From positions 1 through 64,000 of the forward strand of contig JBOFUV010000035.1 of assembly GCA_051652765.1 (NCBI GenBank): a stretch of 64,000 nucleotides of DNA. The letters are read 5' to 3'. The notes under the pieces were generated by a model. That model ran no database searches, was not told the origin of the DNA, and saw nothing but the letters and a program-made list of their open reading frames with translations. Below, piece after piece: positions 20,453 through 29,333 of the stretch (its first letter is position 1; each line of letters begins with the position of its first letter). The DNA is from Microcoleaceae cyanobacterium (lineage in GTDB: Bacteria > Cyanobacteriota > Cyanobacteriia > Cyanobacteriales > Microcoleaceae). A program made the position numbers and the translations under genes.

Positions 20453-22921
20453 ATGCGTATCTCACTCCTCACGCTGTGTACTTTATTCACCTTCGGCTCT
20501 TGCACCCCATTCGCCACTGCAACAAGATTGGGTTCACTCCCGAATGCTCTGGAATCCAATCCAGAGATTTACGCAGCGCGATGGATTGTGCCTAGTTCCG
20601 ATCCCTTGCCCCCGGATGAAGCTGCTGTCTTGGCCCCCGCAAATACTTCTCAATTGGAGGAGCGGCAAACTGGCTCAGGATGGGCAGATCACTGGGCCCG
20701 GAGCTTCATTGAACCCTTAGTCGCCAAGGGAATTGTACCCGAATTTGCCGAAACCCTTGATCCAGAGCAACCGGTCACCCAAGGGCAATTTGGGACGATT
20801 TTGGAAAATGCCTTTGGGGTGAATCCCTTGGCAAAGTCACCCGATCCTGACCAAGAAGTTTTGCGGGTTGAAGCCTTATCGATTCTGGTGCAACTGCTCA
20901 ATCTCAAGGCACAGCAAGTTCAGCCCGAACAGCTCAATCGATATTTTACTGATGCAGCCAAGATTCCCAACTCCGAACTTAATGCGATCGCCGCTGCTGT
21001 TGAAAATCGCCTCGTGGTTAATTATCCCAATCGTCGGATTTTAAACCCCCAGAAAACTGCCACGGTTGCTGAGATTTCAGCCTTTGTTTACCAAGCCCTA
21101 GTGCAATCGGGACGAATGCCGAGTTTAGTCACAAGCTCTAGTTCGGCTTCAAATTCACCGGCCAACCCCCCTTCAAATCCAACCCAGGCCCAGACTCTTC
21201 CCCGAACCTCCTTGGCTAACCTTCCGGTGCCGCCCCCAACGCAACGCCCCAACTCTCCCCCACCCCAACGTCCCAACGCTACAGGCCGCCAAGCGACCAC
21301 CTTGGCGATCGAAATCGCAGATAATCAGGACTACACCCTGGGAAAAGGCGATCGCATTCAAATTACCCTGCCAACTTTTCCAGAACACAACGGCGAATAT
21401 TCGGTGCTGGTGAATGGTTTGATTAACTTACCTCTGTTAGGCAAAATCAGAGTCGATGGCATGACGTTGCAACAACTGGAGCGCACCCTAGAAGCTGGCT
21501 ATGCCCGCACCATGAAAAATCCGAGTGTGACCGTGAGCCTGTTGGCAACCAGTCCCGTCGATATTGCGGTGGCGGGGGAAGTCAGCCGACCTGGAGCCTA
21601 TGCCATTCCCGTTGACCCGAGTAAGTTTCCGACCGTCAGTCAAGCAATTCAACTCGCGGGCGGCATTAACCAATCGGCCAATGTCCGGGAAGTAGAAGTG
21701 AGGCGATCGCTGGGTTCTGGCCAGGAACAAACGATTTTGGTGAACCTTTGGGATTTATTTCAAAACGGGGAGTTGCGTCAAGATTTAGTCCTGCGAGATG
21801 GGGATCGGATTTTCATTCCCACCGTCAGCCAAACGGACTTGGTGGAATCTCCCCAATTGGTGGCCACGAATCTCTACAACCATGAAGAAAGACCTCTGAA
21901 AGTCGCTATTGTGGGAGAAGTGTTTCGACCGGGTTCTTACACCCTGGCCAGTGGCACTACAAGTGGTGTGTTGACCGTGACTCGGGCCATTCAAGAAGCT
22001 GGGGGCATTACCTCAACGGCCAACCTGCGAAATGTTCAGGTTCGGCGTTCCAGTCGAATGGGTTCAGAGGAAACCGTTAACCTGGATTTGTTTGCGCTGC
22101 TACAACAGGGCGACCTCCGCCAAGATTTAATCCTGGAAAATGGAGACACCATTGTGATTCCGACCTTGACCGATCTGGAAGGAGTTGATGCCTCGGCAAT
22201 CGTCAACAACAATCTCTATTCTCCAGAGTCCAAACCTGTCAAAGTGGCCATTGTGGGAGAAGTCTCTCGCCCTGGCCCCTACACGTTAACGGCGGACAGC
22301 AAGGCGGGGGGAATTTTGACCGTTACCCAAGCTATTCAGCAAGCTGGAGGGATTACATCGGTAGCCGATCTTCGCCAAATTCAAGTCAAACGACCTGGAA
22401 AGAATGGCGAGCAAGAGGTGATTAATGTGAATTTATTTGCTTTACTGCAACAGGGAGATTTGCGTCAAGATTTGATTCTAAAAGATGGGGATACGGTGAT
22501 TATTCCGACTGCCGAAAAACCAACTCCGGCTGAAATTAGTGAACTGGCTCGCAGCACTTTATCTCCCAGTACTATTCGGGTCAATGCCGTGGGGGAAATC
22601 CTGAGGCCGGGGGTCATTGAAGTGCCTCCTAATACTCCCTTGAGTCAGGCTGTTTTGGCGGCTGGAGGGTTTAACAATCGAGCCAATAAAGGTTCTGTTG
22701 AACTGATTCGATTGTCTCCAGATGGAACCGTAGAAAAGCGGGAAATTGAAGTGGACTTTGCCACTGGCATTGGTGAGGAAAATAACCCGACGCTTCGGAA
22801 CAACGATATTATTGTGGTTCGTCCTTCGGGATTGGCTGCGTTTGCCGATGATATCAGTCCAATTATGTCTATTTTTGCTCCGTTTACTACCATCTTTCAA
22901 TTTATTAATCGTCTGTTTTAA
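20453..22921 (+). CDS. wza: Polysaccharide export protein (Wza/OPX) with N-terminal SLH domains and multiple SLBB repeats
   Basis: SLH-like HWARSFIEPLVAKGIV and FTDAAKIP...LVVNYP; Poly_export YTLGKGDRIQI...GLINLPLLG; repeated V.GEV.RPG.Y...AIQ.AGG...DGD.I.IP units. Confidence 0.9.
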   Translation: MRISLLTLCTLFTFGSCTPFATATRLGSLPNALESNPEIYAARWIVPSSDPLPPDEAAVLAPANTSQLEERQTGSGWADHWARSFIEPLVAKGIVPEFAETLDPEQPVTQGQFGTILENAFGVNPLAKSPDPDQEVLRVEALSILVQLLNLKAQQVQPEQLNRYFTDAAKIPNSELNAIAAAVENRLVVNYPNRRILNPQKTATVAEISAFVYQALVQSGRMPSLVTSSSSASNSPANPPSNPTQAQTLPRTSLANLPVPPPTQRPNSPPPQRPNATGRQATTLAIEIADNQDYTLGKGDRIQITLPTFPEHNGEYSVLVNGLINLPLLGKIRVDGMTLQQLERTLEAGYARTMKNPSVTVSLLATSPVDIAVAGEVSRPGAYAIPVDPSKFPTVSQAIQLAGGINQSANVREVEVRRSLGSGQEQTILVNLWDLFQNGELRQDLVLRDGDRIFIPTVSQTDLVESPQLVATNLYNHEERPLKVAIVGEVFRPGSYTLASGTTSGVLTVTRAIQEAGGITSTANLRNVQVRRSSRMGSEETVNLDLFALLQQGDLRQDLILENGDTIVIPTLTDLEGVDASAIVNNNLYSPESKPVKVAIVGEVSRPGPYTLTADSKAGGILTVTQAIQQAGGITSVADLRQIQVKRPGKNGEQEVINVNLFALLQQGDLRQDLILKDGDTVIIPTAEKPTPAEISELARSTLSPSTIRVNAVGEILRPGVIEVPPNTPLSQAVLAAGGFNNRANKGSVELIRLSPDGTVEKREIEVDFATGIGEENNPTLRNNDIIVVRPSGLAAFADDISPIMSIFAPFTTIFQFINRLF

Positions 22922-22993
22922 TTGCCTATTTTAATTCAGGGTTAATTCAGGGTTATTCTGTTCATTTTTTATCTGAACTATAGGTTTATTGCC

Positions 22994-25168
22994 ATGGGAA
23001 CTTCTTCCAATTCCGATCAATTTTTTCCAGGTCAATCTTCCCGCTCTTTGCCGCCACTTCCACCTCAGTTGATGACTGGATTTGGAGGAGGTAAACCCGA
23101 CGATGGTGGGGGAATTCGTCAGTTTCTTGCTATCGTTCAACGGCGTGTTTTTTTAATTGTTAGCGTCGCCTTTGCCGTCTCTTCTGTGATGATTTGGCGT
23201 GCGTTGAATACCCCGGAGATGTATCAAGGGAGTTTCCAACTCTTAGTTGAGCCCGTGAAAAGCAGTGACAAGTTGGCGGGACTGACTGAAGATGGCAGCC
23301 GAACCCAAGAAACTGACTTAGACTATGATACCCAAATTCAGATTTTGACCAGTCCAGAGTTACTTTCAAAAATCTTTGATCAAGACCAAGAACGACGGCT
23401 ATTTCAAACAGGTAGACTGACAATCAATCGTAAAGGAGAAACCAAAATCCTGGAAATCCGCTATCAAGCGGGGGCTCAACCAACCGTTGAAGCCGTGTTA
23501 GATGAACTGGCTGTAGGTTACTTAATTTATTCTCAGCAGGAACAACAAACGAATCTTCGCCAGGGATTAGAATTTGTTGATGAACAATTGCCTCAATTAC
23601 TTGCACGGGTTAATACGTTGCAGACTCGCCTCGAACGGTTTCGGCAACAATACAACTTTATTGAACCCGATACTCAGGCCCAAAATTTGTCGGCCCAAGC
23701 CAATAATCTAGCGAGTGCTCGCCAAGACTTGGAAAAACAATTGGTAGAAGCAAAAGCTCGGTATTCGCTGCTACAAGAGGACGGCGGGGCTAGTGGATTG
23801 CTGTTGAGTTCCGAGAGTTATCAACAGTTAGTGGGGCAAATTCGTCAAATCGAGACTCAAATTGCCCTAGAGCAGAGTCGATATCGGACGAATAGTGATA
23901 TCGTTCAAAATCTCCTGACTCAACGCCAGAATTTATTGCCCCTTGCCCAACGAGAAGCCCAACAAGTCTTGGGAACAAATGCAGCTCAAATTTTCAATGA
24001 AATGCGCCTGTTGCAATTAAAACTTGATGGCATTAATCAGGCGGAGATTCAGGTCAGTCGTCAGCTTGAACAAATGCCTGCCATTGTCCGTCGGTATGCT
24101 GAATTGCAGCAAGAATTAAGTATTGCAACGAATAGCTTGAATCGATTTTTAGAGAAGCGTGAATCCCTCCAAATTAAAGGTGCAGAAACAGAGTTGCCTT
24201 GGCAAGTCTTATCGCCGCCTAGAGTTTCAGGAATCCCCACAAATCTTCCCCGCGAAATTCTGATGGGAATTTTGGCAGGATTGGCAGGTGGGGTTGGGGC
24301 AGCCCTGTTAGTCGAACGAATTGATGATGTGTTCTACACTGCAGGTGATATTAGAGAACAGGTTAAACTGCCTATTCTAGGAATAGTTCCAAACACCAAG
24401 AAACTGAAGGAATGGCATCAATTAATCGCAGTCTCTCAAGGGGATACAGAGAATTCTTTGGGTTCAGAGAATGCCCTAAATTCAGAATTGACTGAATCAA
24501 CAATTCCTTATATTTTAGGCTATAGTTTTTTGCCTTTTCTAGAAGCCTTCCGTACCCTGTCAACGAATATTGGGTTTCTGAGTTCTGACACACCGATTAA
24601 ATCTTTTGTGGTGAGTTCACCGGTGCAGAATGATGGCAAATCTACTATTGCTGTTCACTTAGCCCAGGCTGCTGCTGCCATGAACCGTAGAGTTTTGTTG
24701 GTTGATGCCAACCTGCGTTTACCGCAAATTCATACCCAATTTGGATTACCCAATGAAGCTGGATTGAGCAACTTAATTAATGCTGATTTGAACCCGAGTG
24801 ATGTCATTCAAAGCCTGCCTCGGTGGGAAAACTTATCCATCCTCACCTCAGGCCCAATTCCACCCGATCCAACCAAGTTTTTATCCTCAAATAAAATGCG
24901 GAATTTAATGGCGCAATTTCGCACTGAATTTGACTGGGTAATTTATGATACGCCATCCTGTGTAGATGTGATTGACAGTAGTATTATTACCCCGCAAACA
25001 GATGGTTTACTCTTGGTAACCCGGTTAAAAAAGACAGAAAAATCTCTCTTGAACCAAACGATAAACTCCCTAAACCTGTCTCGTCATCATGTCTTAGGTT
25101 TGGTGGTCAACTGTTCACAGGCCAACAAAAGTTTGTCAAACTATTACCCCGCTGCATCGAATCCATGA
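22994..25168 (+). CDS. wzc: Polysaccharide co-polymerase / tyrosine autokinase (Wzc/GumC family)
   Basis: Two TM helices flanking a coiled-coil periplasmic region, Walker A SSPVQNDGKST, LLVDANLR, IYDTP. Confidence 0.92.
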   Translation: MGTSSNSDQFFPGQSSRSLPPLPPQLMTGFGGGKPDDGGGIRQFLAIVQRRVFLIVSVAFAVSSVMIWRALNTPEMYQGSFQLLVEPVKSSDKLAGLTEDGSRTQETDLDYDTQIQILTSPELLSKIFDQDQERRLFQTGRLTINRKGETKILEIRYQAGAQPTVEAVLDELAVGYLIYSQQEQQTNLRQGLEFVDEQLPQLLARVNTLQTRLERFRQQYNFIEPDTQAQNLSAQANNLASARQDLEKQLVEAKARYSLLQEDGGASGLLLSSESYQQLVGQIRQIETQIALEQSRYRTNSDIVQNLLTQRQNLLPLAQREAQQVLGTNAAQIFNEMRLLQLKLDGINQAEIQVSRQLEQMPAIVRRYAELQQELSIATNSLNRFLEKRESLQIKGAETELPWQVLSPPRVSGIPTNLPREILMGILAGLAGGVGAALLVERIDDVFYTAGDIREQVKLPILGIVPNTKKLKEWHQLIAVSQGDTENSLGSENALNSELTESTIPYILGYSFLPFLEAFRTLSTNIGFLSSDTPIKSFVVSSPVQNDGKSTIAVHLAQAAAAMNRRVLLVDANLRLPQIHTQFGLPNEAGLSNLINADLNPSDVIQSLPRWENLSILTSGPIPPDPTKFLSSNKMRNLMAQFRTEFDWVIYDTPSCVDVIDSSIITPQTDGLLLVTRLKKTEKSLLNQTINSLNLSRHHVLGLVVNCSQANKSLSNYYPAASNP

Positions 25169-25228
25169 AGCCCCTCACGGGAATCACTTGCGATCACATC
25201 TGAACAAAAACGGCCATAACTGAGTGAC

Positions 25229-25257
25229 AGCAGCTTCATCTTAGACGTGAAGCCGCT
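25229..25257. terminator. Hairpin between convergent wzc and rbp
   Basis: AGCAGCTTCA / TGAAGCCGCT stem with one mismatch. Confidence 0.45.
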
Positions 25258-25302
25258 CTTCACTATCAAAATTCTGTGAGTTGACCTCAATTTGAGTTAA
25301 CT

Positions 25303-25614
25303 TCAATACGAGTCTCGAAAACCTCCTCGTGGCCGACTATTTCCGCGACCGCCACCGCTATCATTATTTTCCTCTCGAGGCTTAGCCTTATTGACCCGCA
25401 GACGACGGCCCATCCATTCTGCATCATTTAACGCTTCAATTGCAGTGTTCTCGTCCTCGTCAGTAGCCATCTCGACAAACCCAAAACCGCGAGAACGGCC
25501 TGTTTCGCGATCCGTTGGGATTGTTGCTCGCTTTACTGTTCCGTAATCTGCAAAAACAGTCGTAAGTTCTTCGGGGGTAACATTATAAGGCAGGTTACCA
25601 ACGTAAATCGACAT
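25303..25614 (-). CDS. rbp: RRM RNA-binding protein with Gly/Arg-rich tail (cyanobacterial Rbp family)
   Basis: RNP2 IYVGNL, RNP1 RGFGFVEM, LRVNKAKPRE. Confidence 0.95.
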   Translation of the reverse strand: MSIYVGNLPYNVTPEELTTVFADYGTVKRATIPTDRETGRSRGFGFVEMATDEDENTAIEALNDAEWMGRRLRVNKAKPREENNDSGGGRGNSRPRGGFRDSY

Positions 25615-25812
25615 GGAATGACTCCAATCCTACACTCAAATAATAAAACCCAGTTTTAGAAACATACTTGTCGATACAGAAGTCAAGAAAAACTTAACTA
25701 TCTTGTAGCTAAAACAGTGTAATGTAACCAAGCCTGAATTACGCCCGTATTTTATCATAAAACTCAAAATCAAAGTTAGAGTCTCTGACTAACGTTATCT
25801 AGCCCTAACGCA

Positions 25813-27102
25813 CTAATTAACAAATGAAAGGTCAGCCTTACCAAAGTTCACCGTCAAAGCAATGTTCAGGTTTTCTAAAACTTTGACCAACCATAAAACT
25901 CCATCCTGGGAGGAGGATTCATAGTGACTAAAAAGAATAGAGAATCGTTTCTCAAGGTAGGGTCTGGCCCTACGACAAATCAACACGAGCTTCAGCAACA
26001 AACTCACTGTAAACGTTGGACTGGTATTTCCAATCAGGTCAATAAATACAGAGTGACTCGGTTTTTGAGGGCTTTCAATCACCAAGAAATTTAAAATCTG
26101 GCTACAGGTTCGCAACAGTAAGAACTCGCTGTAGGGTTCATCATTACTATAGGGAATTGTATTGTGTAGTTGCTTGTAGAGTCTATTGCCAAATTGCCGT
26201 CTAGCGTAAGCCGAACTAAAGCTGCTGGGCAGTAGGTAGTCGTACAAGTCATCTTTGAATGCCTGAAATGTTTGGGCAGAACTGGTGTGAGTCACAAACC
26301 GTTTTGCCACATCCCGGTAGGTGCAATTTCCCTCAACTTTCCCAGCAAATTGTCTTAACGCCAGAACCAATTCACGATTCGTGAGTAAAGTTGGGTTATC
26401 AAGCGGAGACTTAATATTCTTGGCCGCTTCCATAGACACCCGAGCCACTTCTGCCCTCCGCCACTGATGTGCTGCATACCGAGACAAATCAAGCTCAAAC
26501 TTGCGCTGGTCATGGGCCTGAATTTGTTGAATCATCTGGCAATGTTCATAGGAACTGTCTTCATTGAGTAGGCAGTGCTGATATAGGTAGGGATAGCGAC
26601 GAATCAGTTTCCTCAGGGGTTGGGACTGGGATTGATGACCATAATAGCCTGGAGACTGACACAGCACTTCAGCAAAACGTTTCAGAGCGAGATATTGATC
26701 ACTGCGAGTAAAGGCTTGCACAAACTCAAGCAGTTGCTTTTGTCTCCGGGAGTTCAAGTGCAGACTGATAGAGTGAGTGTTAACTGCTTCAAAAAGCTGA
26801 ATCAACTGCTCAACAGCTTCCCGCCGATTTGGCGCTGAATGCCAACCATCAAGAAGGATGTAACAGCACCGATTTAAAATAAAAATAAAATCTTCTTCAG
26901 CCAGCTTGGAATTTAGGATTTTTTCCAGGGCTTGAGCAATTTGCCGATCAGAATACCCAGATCCTACAATAAACAGCAATTGAAACTGTTCAACAAGTTC
27001 ATCTGCACCCTTGAGACTGACCTGCTTTGTCCAATGATCATACAGGCGCTGCTCTTCAGGAGTAACTAATCGGTTGTATGAGTTCGCTAAGGGTTTCTTC
27101 AT
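25813..27102 (-). CDS. Hypothetical protein, resembling a conserved cyanobacterial family of unknown function
   Basis: 429-aa ORF with LNRCCYIL and LIRRYPYLY blocks; no catalytic motif recognised. Confidence 0.75.
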   Translation of the reverse strand: MKKPLANSYNRLVTPEEQRLYDHWTKQVSLKGADELVEQFQLLFIVGSGYSDRQIAQALEKILNSKLAEEDFIFILNRCCYILLDGWHSAPNRREAVEQLIQLFEAVNTHSISLHLNSRRQKQLLEFVQAFTRSDQYLALKRFAEVLCQSPGYYGHQSQSQPLRKLIRRYPYLYQHCLLNEDSSYEHCQMIQQIQAHDQRKFELDLSRYAAHQWRRAEVARVSMEAAKNIKSPLDNPTLLTNRELVLALRQFAGKVEGNCTYRDVAKRFVTHTSSAQTFQAFKDDLYDYLLPSSFSSAYARRQFGNRLYKQLHNTIPYSNDEPYSEFLLLRTCSQILNFLVIESPQKPSHSVFIDLIGNTSPTFTVSLLLKLVLICRRARPYLEKRFSILFSHYESSSQDGVLWLVKVLENLNIALTVNFGKADLSFVN

Positions 27103-27431
27103 CGGTTCTCGCCCATCTCATCCATTGGTCAATTGTTAAGTGTTGTATAAACTGAACGTAATCACCTAGGAGGCTAGTGACCCCCAATCAAATAAGCCAT
27201 AACTCTCATTGCCAGACCACTCTCACAATCAAAACAACCTCAATTCCCCTACACTCCTTATATATACATAACCTTTCAAGACTTATGCAACGGCACTGAT
27301 CCGAGAGACTCGCCGTTGAGTCCACCGACAACTCAGGAAAAAGTACATTATCCTCTATTATAAGAACTCCAACTTCAGGTTAACTACTTTTTAACCACCC
27401 TTAATCAGATTGCCAGGGAATCGTGATGCGT

Positions 27432-27475
27432 TTACGAAGTAATGTTACGAAGTAATCTTACAAAAAAAACATTAC
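27432..27475. repeat. 13-bp period repeat (TTACGAAGTAA) in the divergent promoter region
   Basis: TTACGAAGTAATG TTACGAAGTAATC TTACAAAAAAAAC ATTAC. Confidence 0.6.
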
Positions 27476-27655
27476 AGAGAAACCACTATAAAAACCTTCT
27501 CTTGTAACAGTTTAATCAGCACAATCTATAAACTTGAAGGCTTTGTGTCAGTTCCTAGATCAATCACCCCGTCATCACCCTATCGGAGAAAAGCACTATT
27601 GCATCAACCCTGTCTCTGCTTAAATAGTAAAATCTAGTTCACTTCGACTTATAAC

Positions 27656-29065
27656 ATGGCTAATCCTATCACACTTCTCCAACTTTCTACTCTTTTAAGA
27701 GTTCCTGATTTATACCTAGAAGATTCAATCTTAAACCATCCGATTCAGGGAGTTGTAACTGACACTCGTACCCTGAAACCGGGTGAAGTTTTTGTGGCAC
27801 TGCGAGGAGAACGATTTGATGGTCATAAATTTGTCGAGACGGCGATCGCCCAAGGTGCAATCTGTGCAGTAGTAGAATCTCAATTTGCCTCTACCCAGGT
27901 CGGTTTACCGCTTTTACCTGTAGAAAATACTCTGGTTGCTTACCAGAAAATTGCCCATAGATGGCGACAACAATTTTCAATTCCAGTTGTAGGGGTGACA
28001 GGTTCAGTGGGTAAGACCACCACCAAGGAATTAATTGCTGGAGTGTTAGCAACCCAAGGAAATATCCACAAAACCCAGGCCAATTATAACAACGAAATTG
28101 GTGTCCCCAAGACCTTATTACAACTGACATCAGACCATGACTACGCAGTCATTGAAATGGCGATGCGAGCGACTAGAGAGATTGCCGAACTTACCCAAAT
28201 TACAAATCCGACCATTGGCCTGATTACGAATGTTGGAACAGCTCATATTGAACGGCTAGGATCGGAAGCGGCGATCGCCCGAGCCAAGTGCGAATTGTTG
28301 GCTGAAATGTCATCCGACAGCATTGCTATTCTTAATGCAGATAATGCCCGTTTGATGGATACAGCGCCACAGTTTTGGTCAGGAGAAACCTTGACCTATG
28401 GCTTAGAAAATGGAGATTTGCGCGGGAAACTTTTAGATGCCCAAACGTTGCAGGTAGAAGGCGTGGACTTGCCCTTGCCCTTGCCCGGAACCCACAACGC
28501 CTTGAACTTTCTCGCGGCCTTAGCGGTTTTAAAAGTGCTCAAGGGTCAAGAGATGGCTCCTAAAGATCTATATGCCCCCCTAACCTCAGGAATTTCGATC
28601 CAGCTTCCCGAAGGTCGCGCCAAAAGATGGCAGTTGGCGAACGATATTGTGATTCTCGATGAAACCTACAATGCCAGTTTAGAATCAATGATTGCAGCCC
28701 TGAGGTTGCTCAAAGAAACCCCAGGTCAACGGCATATTGCTGTCCTGGGAACCATGAAAGAAATGGGAGACCACTCCCTCAGCCTTCATCAACAGGTTGG
28801 TCAAGCTGTCCAAGCCTTAAACTTGGATGCCTTATTCATTTTTGCCGAACCGGGGGAAGCAGAGGCCATGGCGCAGGGGGCAACTGGGGTACAGCGAGTT
28901 GAGATTGCTGAGACTAACGGCAGTCATGCCCATCAAGCTTTAGCAGAACAGCTACAGGAATTTATACGACCGGGCGATCGCATCTTGTTGAAAGCATCCC
29001 ACTCGGTTGAACTCAACCGCGTTGTAGATCAACTTCAAATGCAAAGAGATCACAGAAAGGACTAG
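27656..29065 (+). CDS. murF: UDP-N-acetylmuramoyl-tripeptide--D-Ala-D-Ala ligase
   Basis: FVALRGERFDGH, VTGSVGKTTTKE, NYNNEIGVP, DETYNAS and LLKASHS motifs. Confidence 0.97.
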   Translation: MANPITLLQLSTLLRVPDLYLEDSILNHPIQGVVTDTRTLKPGEVFVALRGERFDGHKFVETAIAQGAICAVVESQFASTQVGLPLLPVENTLVAYQKIAHRWRQQFSIPVVGVTGSVGKTTTKELIAGVLATQGNIHKTQANYNNEIGVPKTLLQLTSDHDYAVIEMAMRATREIAELTQITNPTIGLITNVGTAHIERLGSEAAIARAKCELLAEMSSDSIAILNADNARLMDTAPQFWSGETLTYGLENGDLRGKLLDAQTLQVEGVDLPLPLPGTHNALNFLAALAVLKVLKGQEMAPKDLYAPLTSGISIQLPEGRAKRWQLANDIVILDETYNASLESMIAALRLLKETPGQRHIAVLGTMKEMGDHSLSLHQQVGQAVQALNLDALFIFAEPGEAEAMAQGATGVQRVEIAETNGSHAHQALAEQLQEFIRPGDRILLKASHSVELNRVVDQLQMQRDHRKD

Positions 29066-29333
29066 CCAAAGTGATTGAGTTCAAGTCATCTCAACCCAAA
29101 TAAGGATAAAATGAGAAATCTACAGGTTTTCAATCTAACCTTGCATATTCAACCTGGCATATCCAACCTGGCATAGTTTGACCGAACCATATCTACTAGT
29201 CCGGCCTGGATTTAAGTTTTCCCTAAGCCTGACAGAAATCGGGAATGGCTGATGGCTTAAGTCTGTGTAGTTTGTCTTTCTATCTTCAACTCCCATGGTC
29301 TAATCTCTATCAGAACACTAGTTTGCAGCCGCA

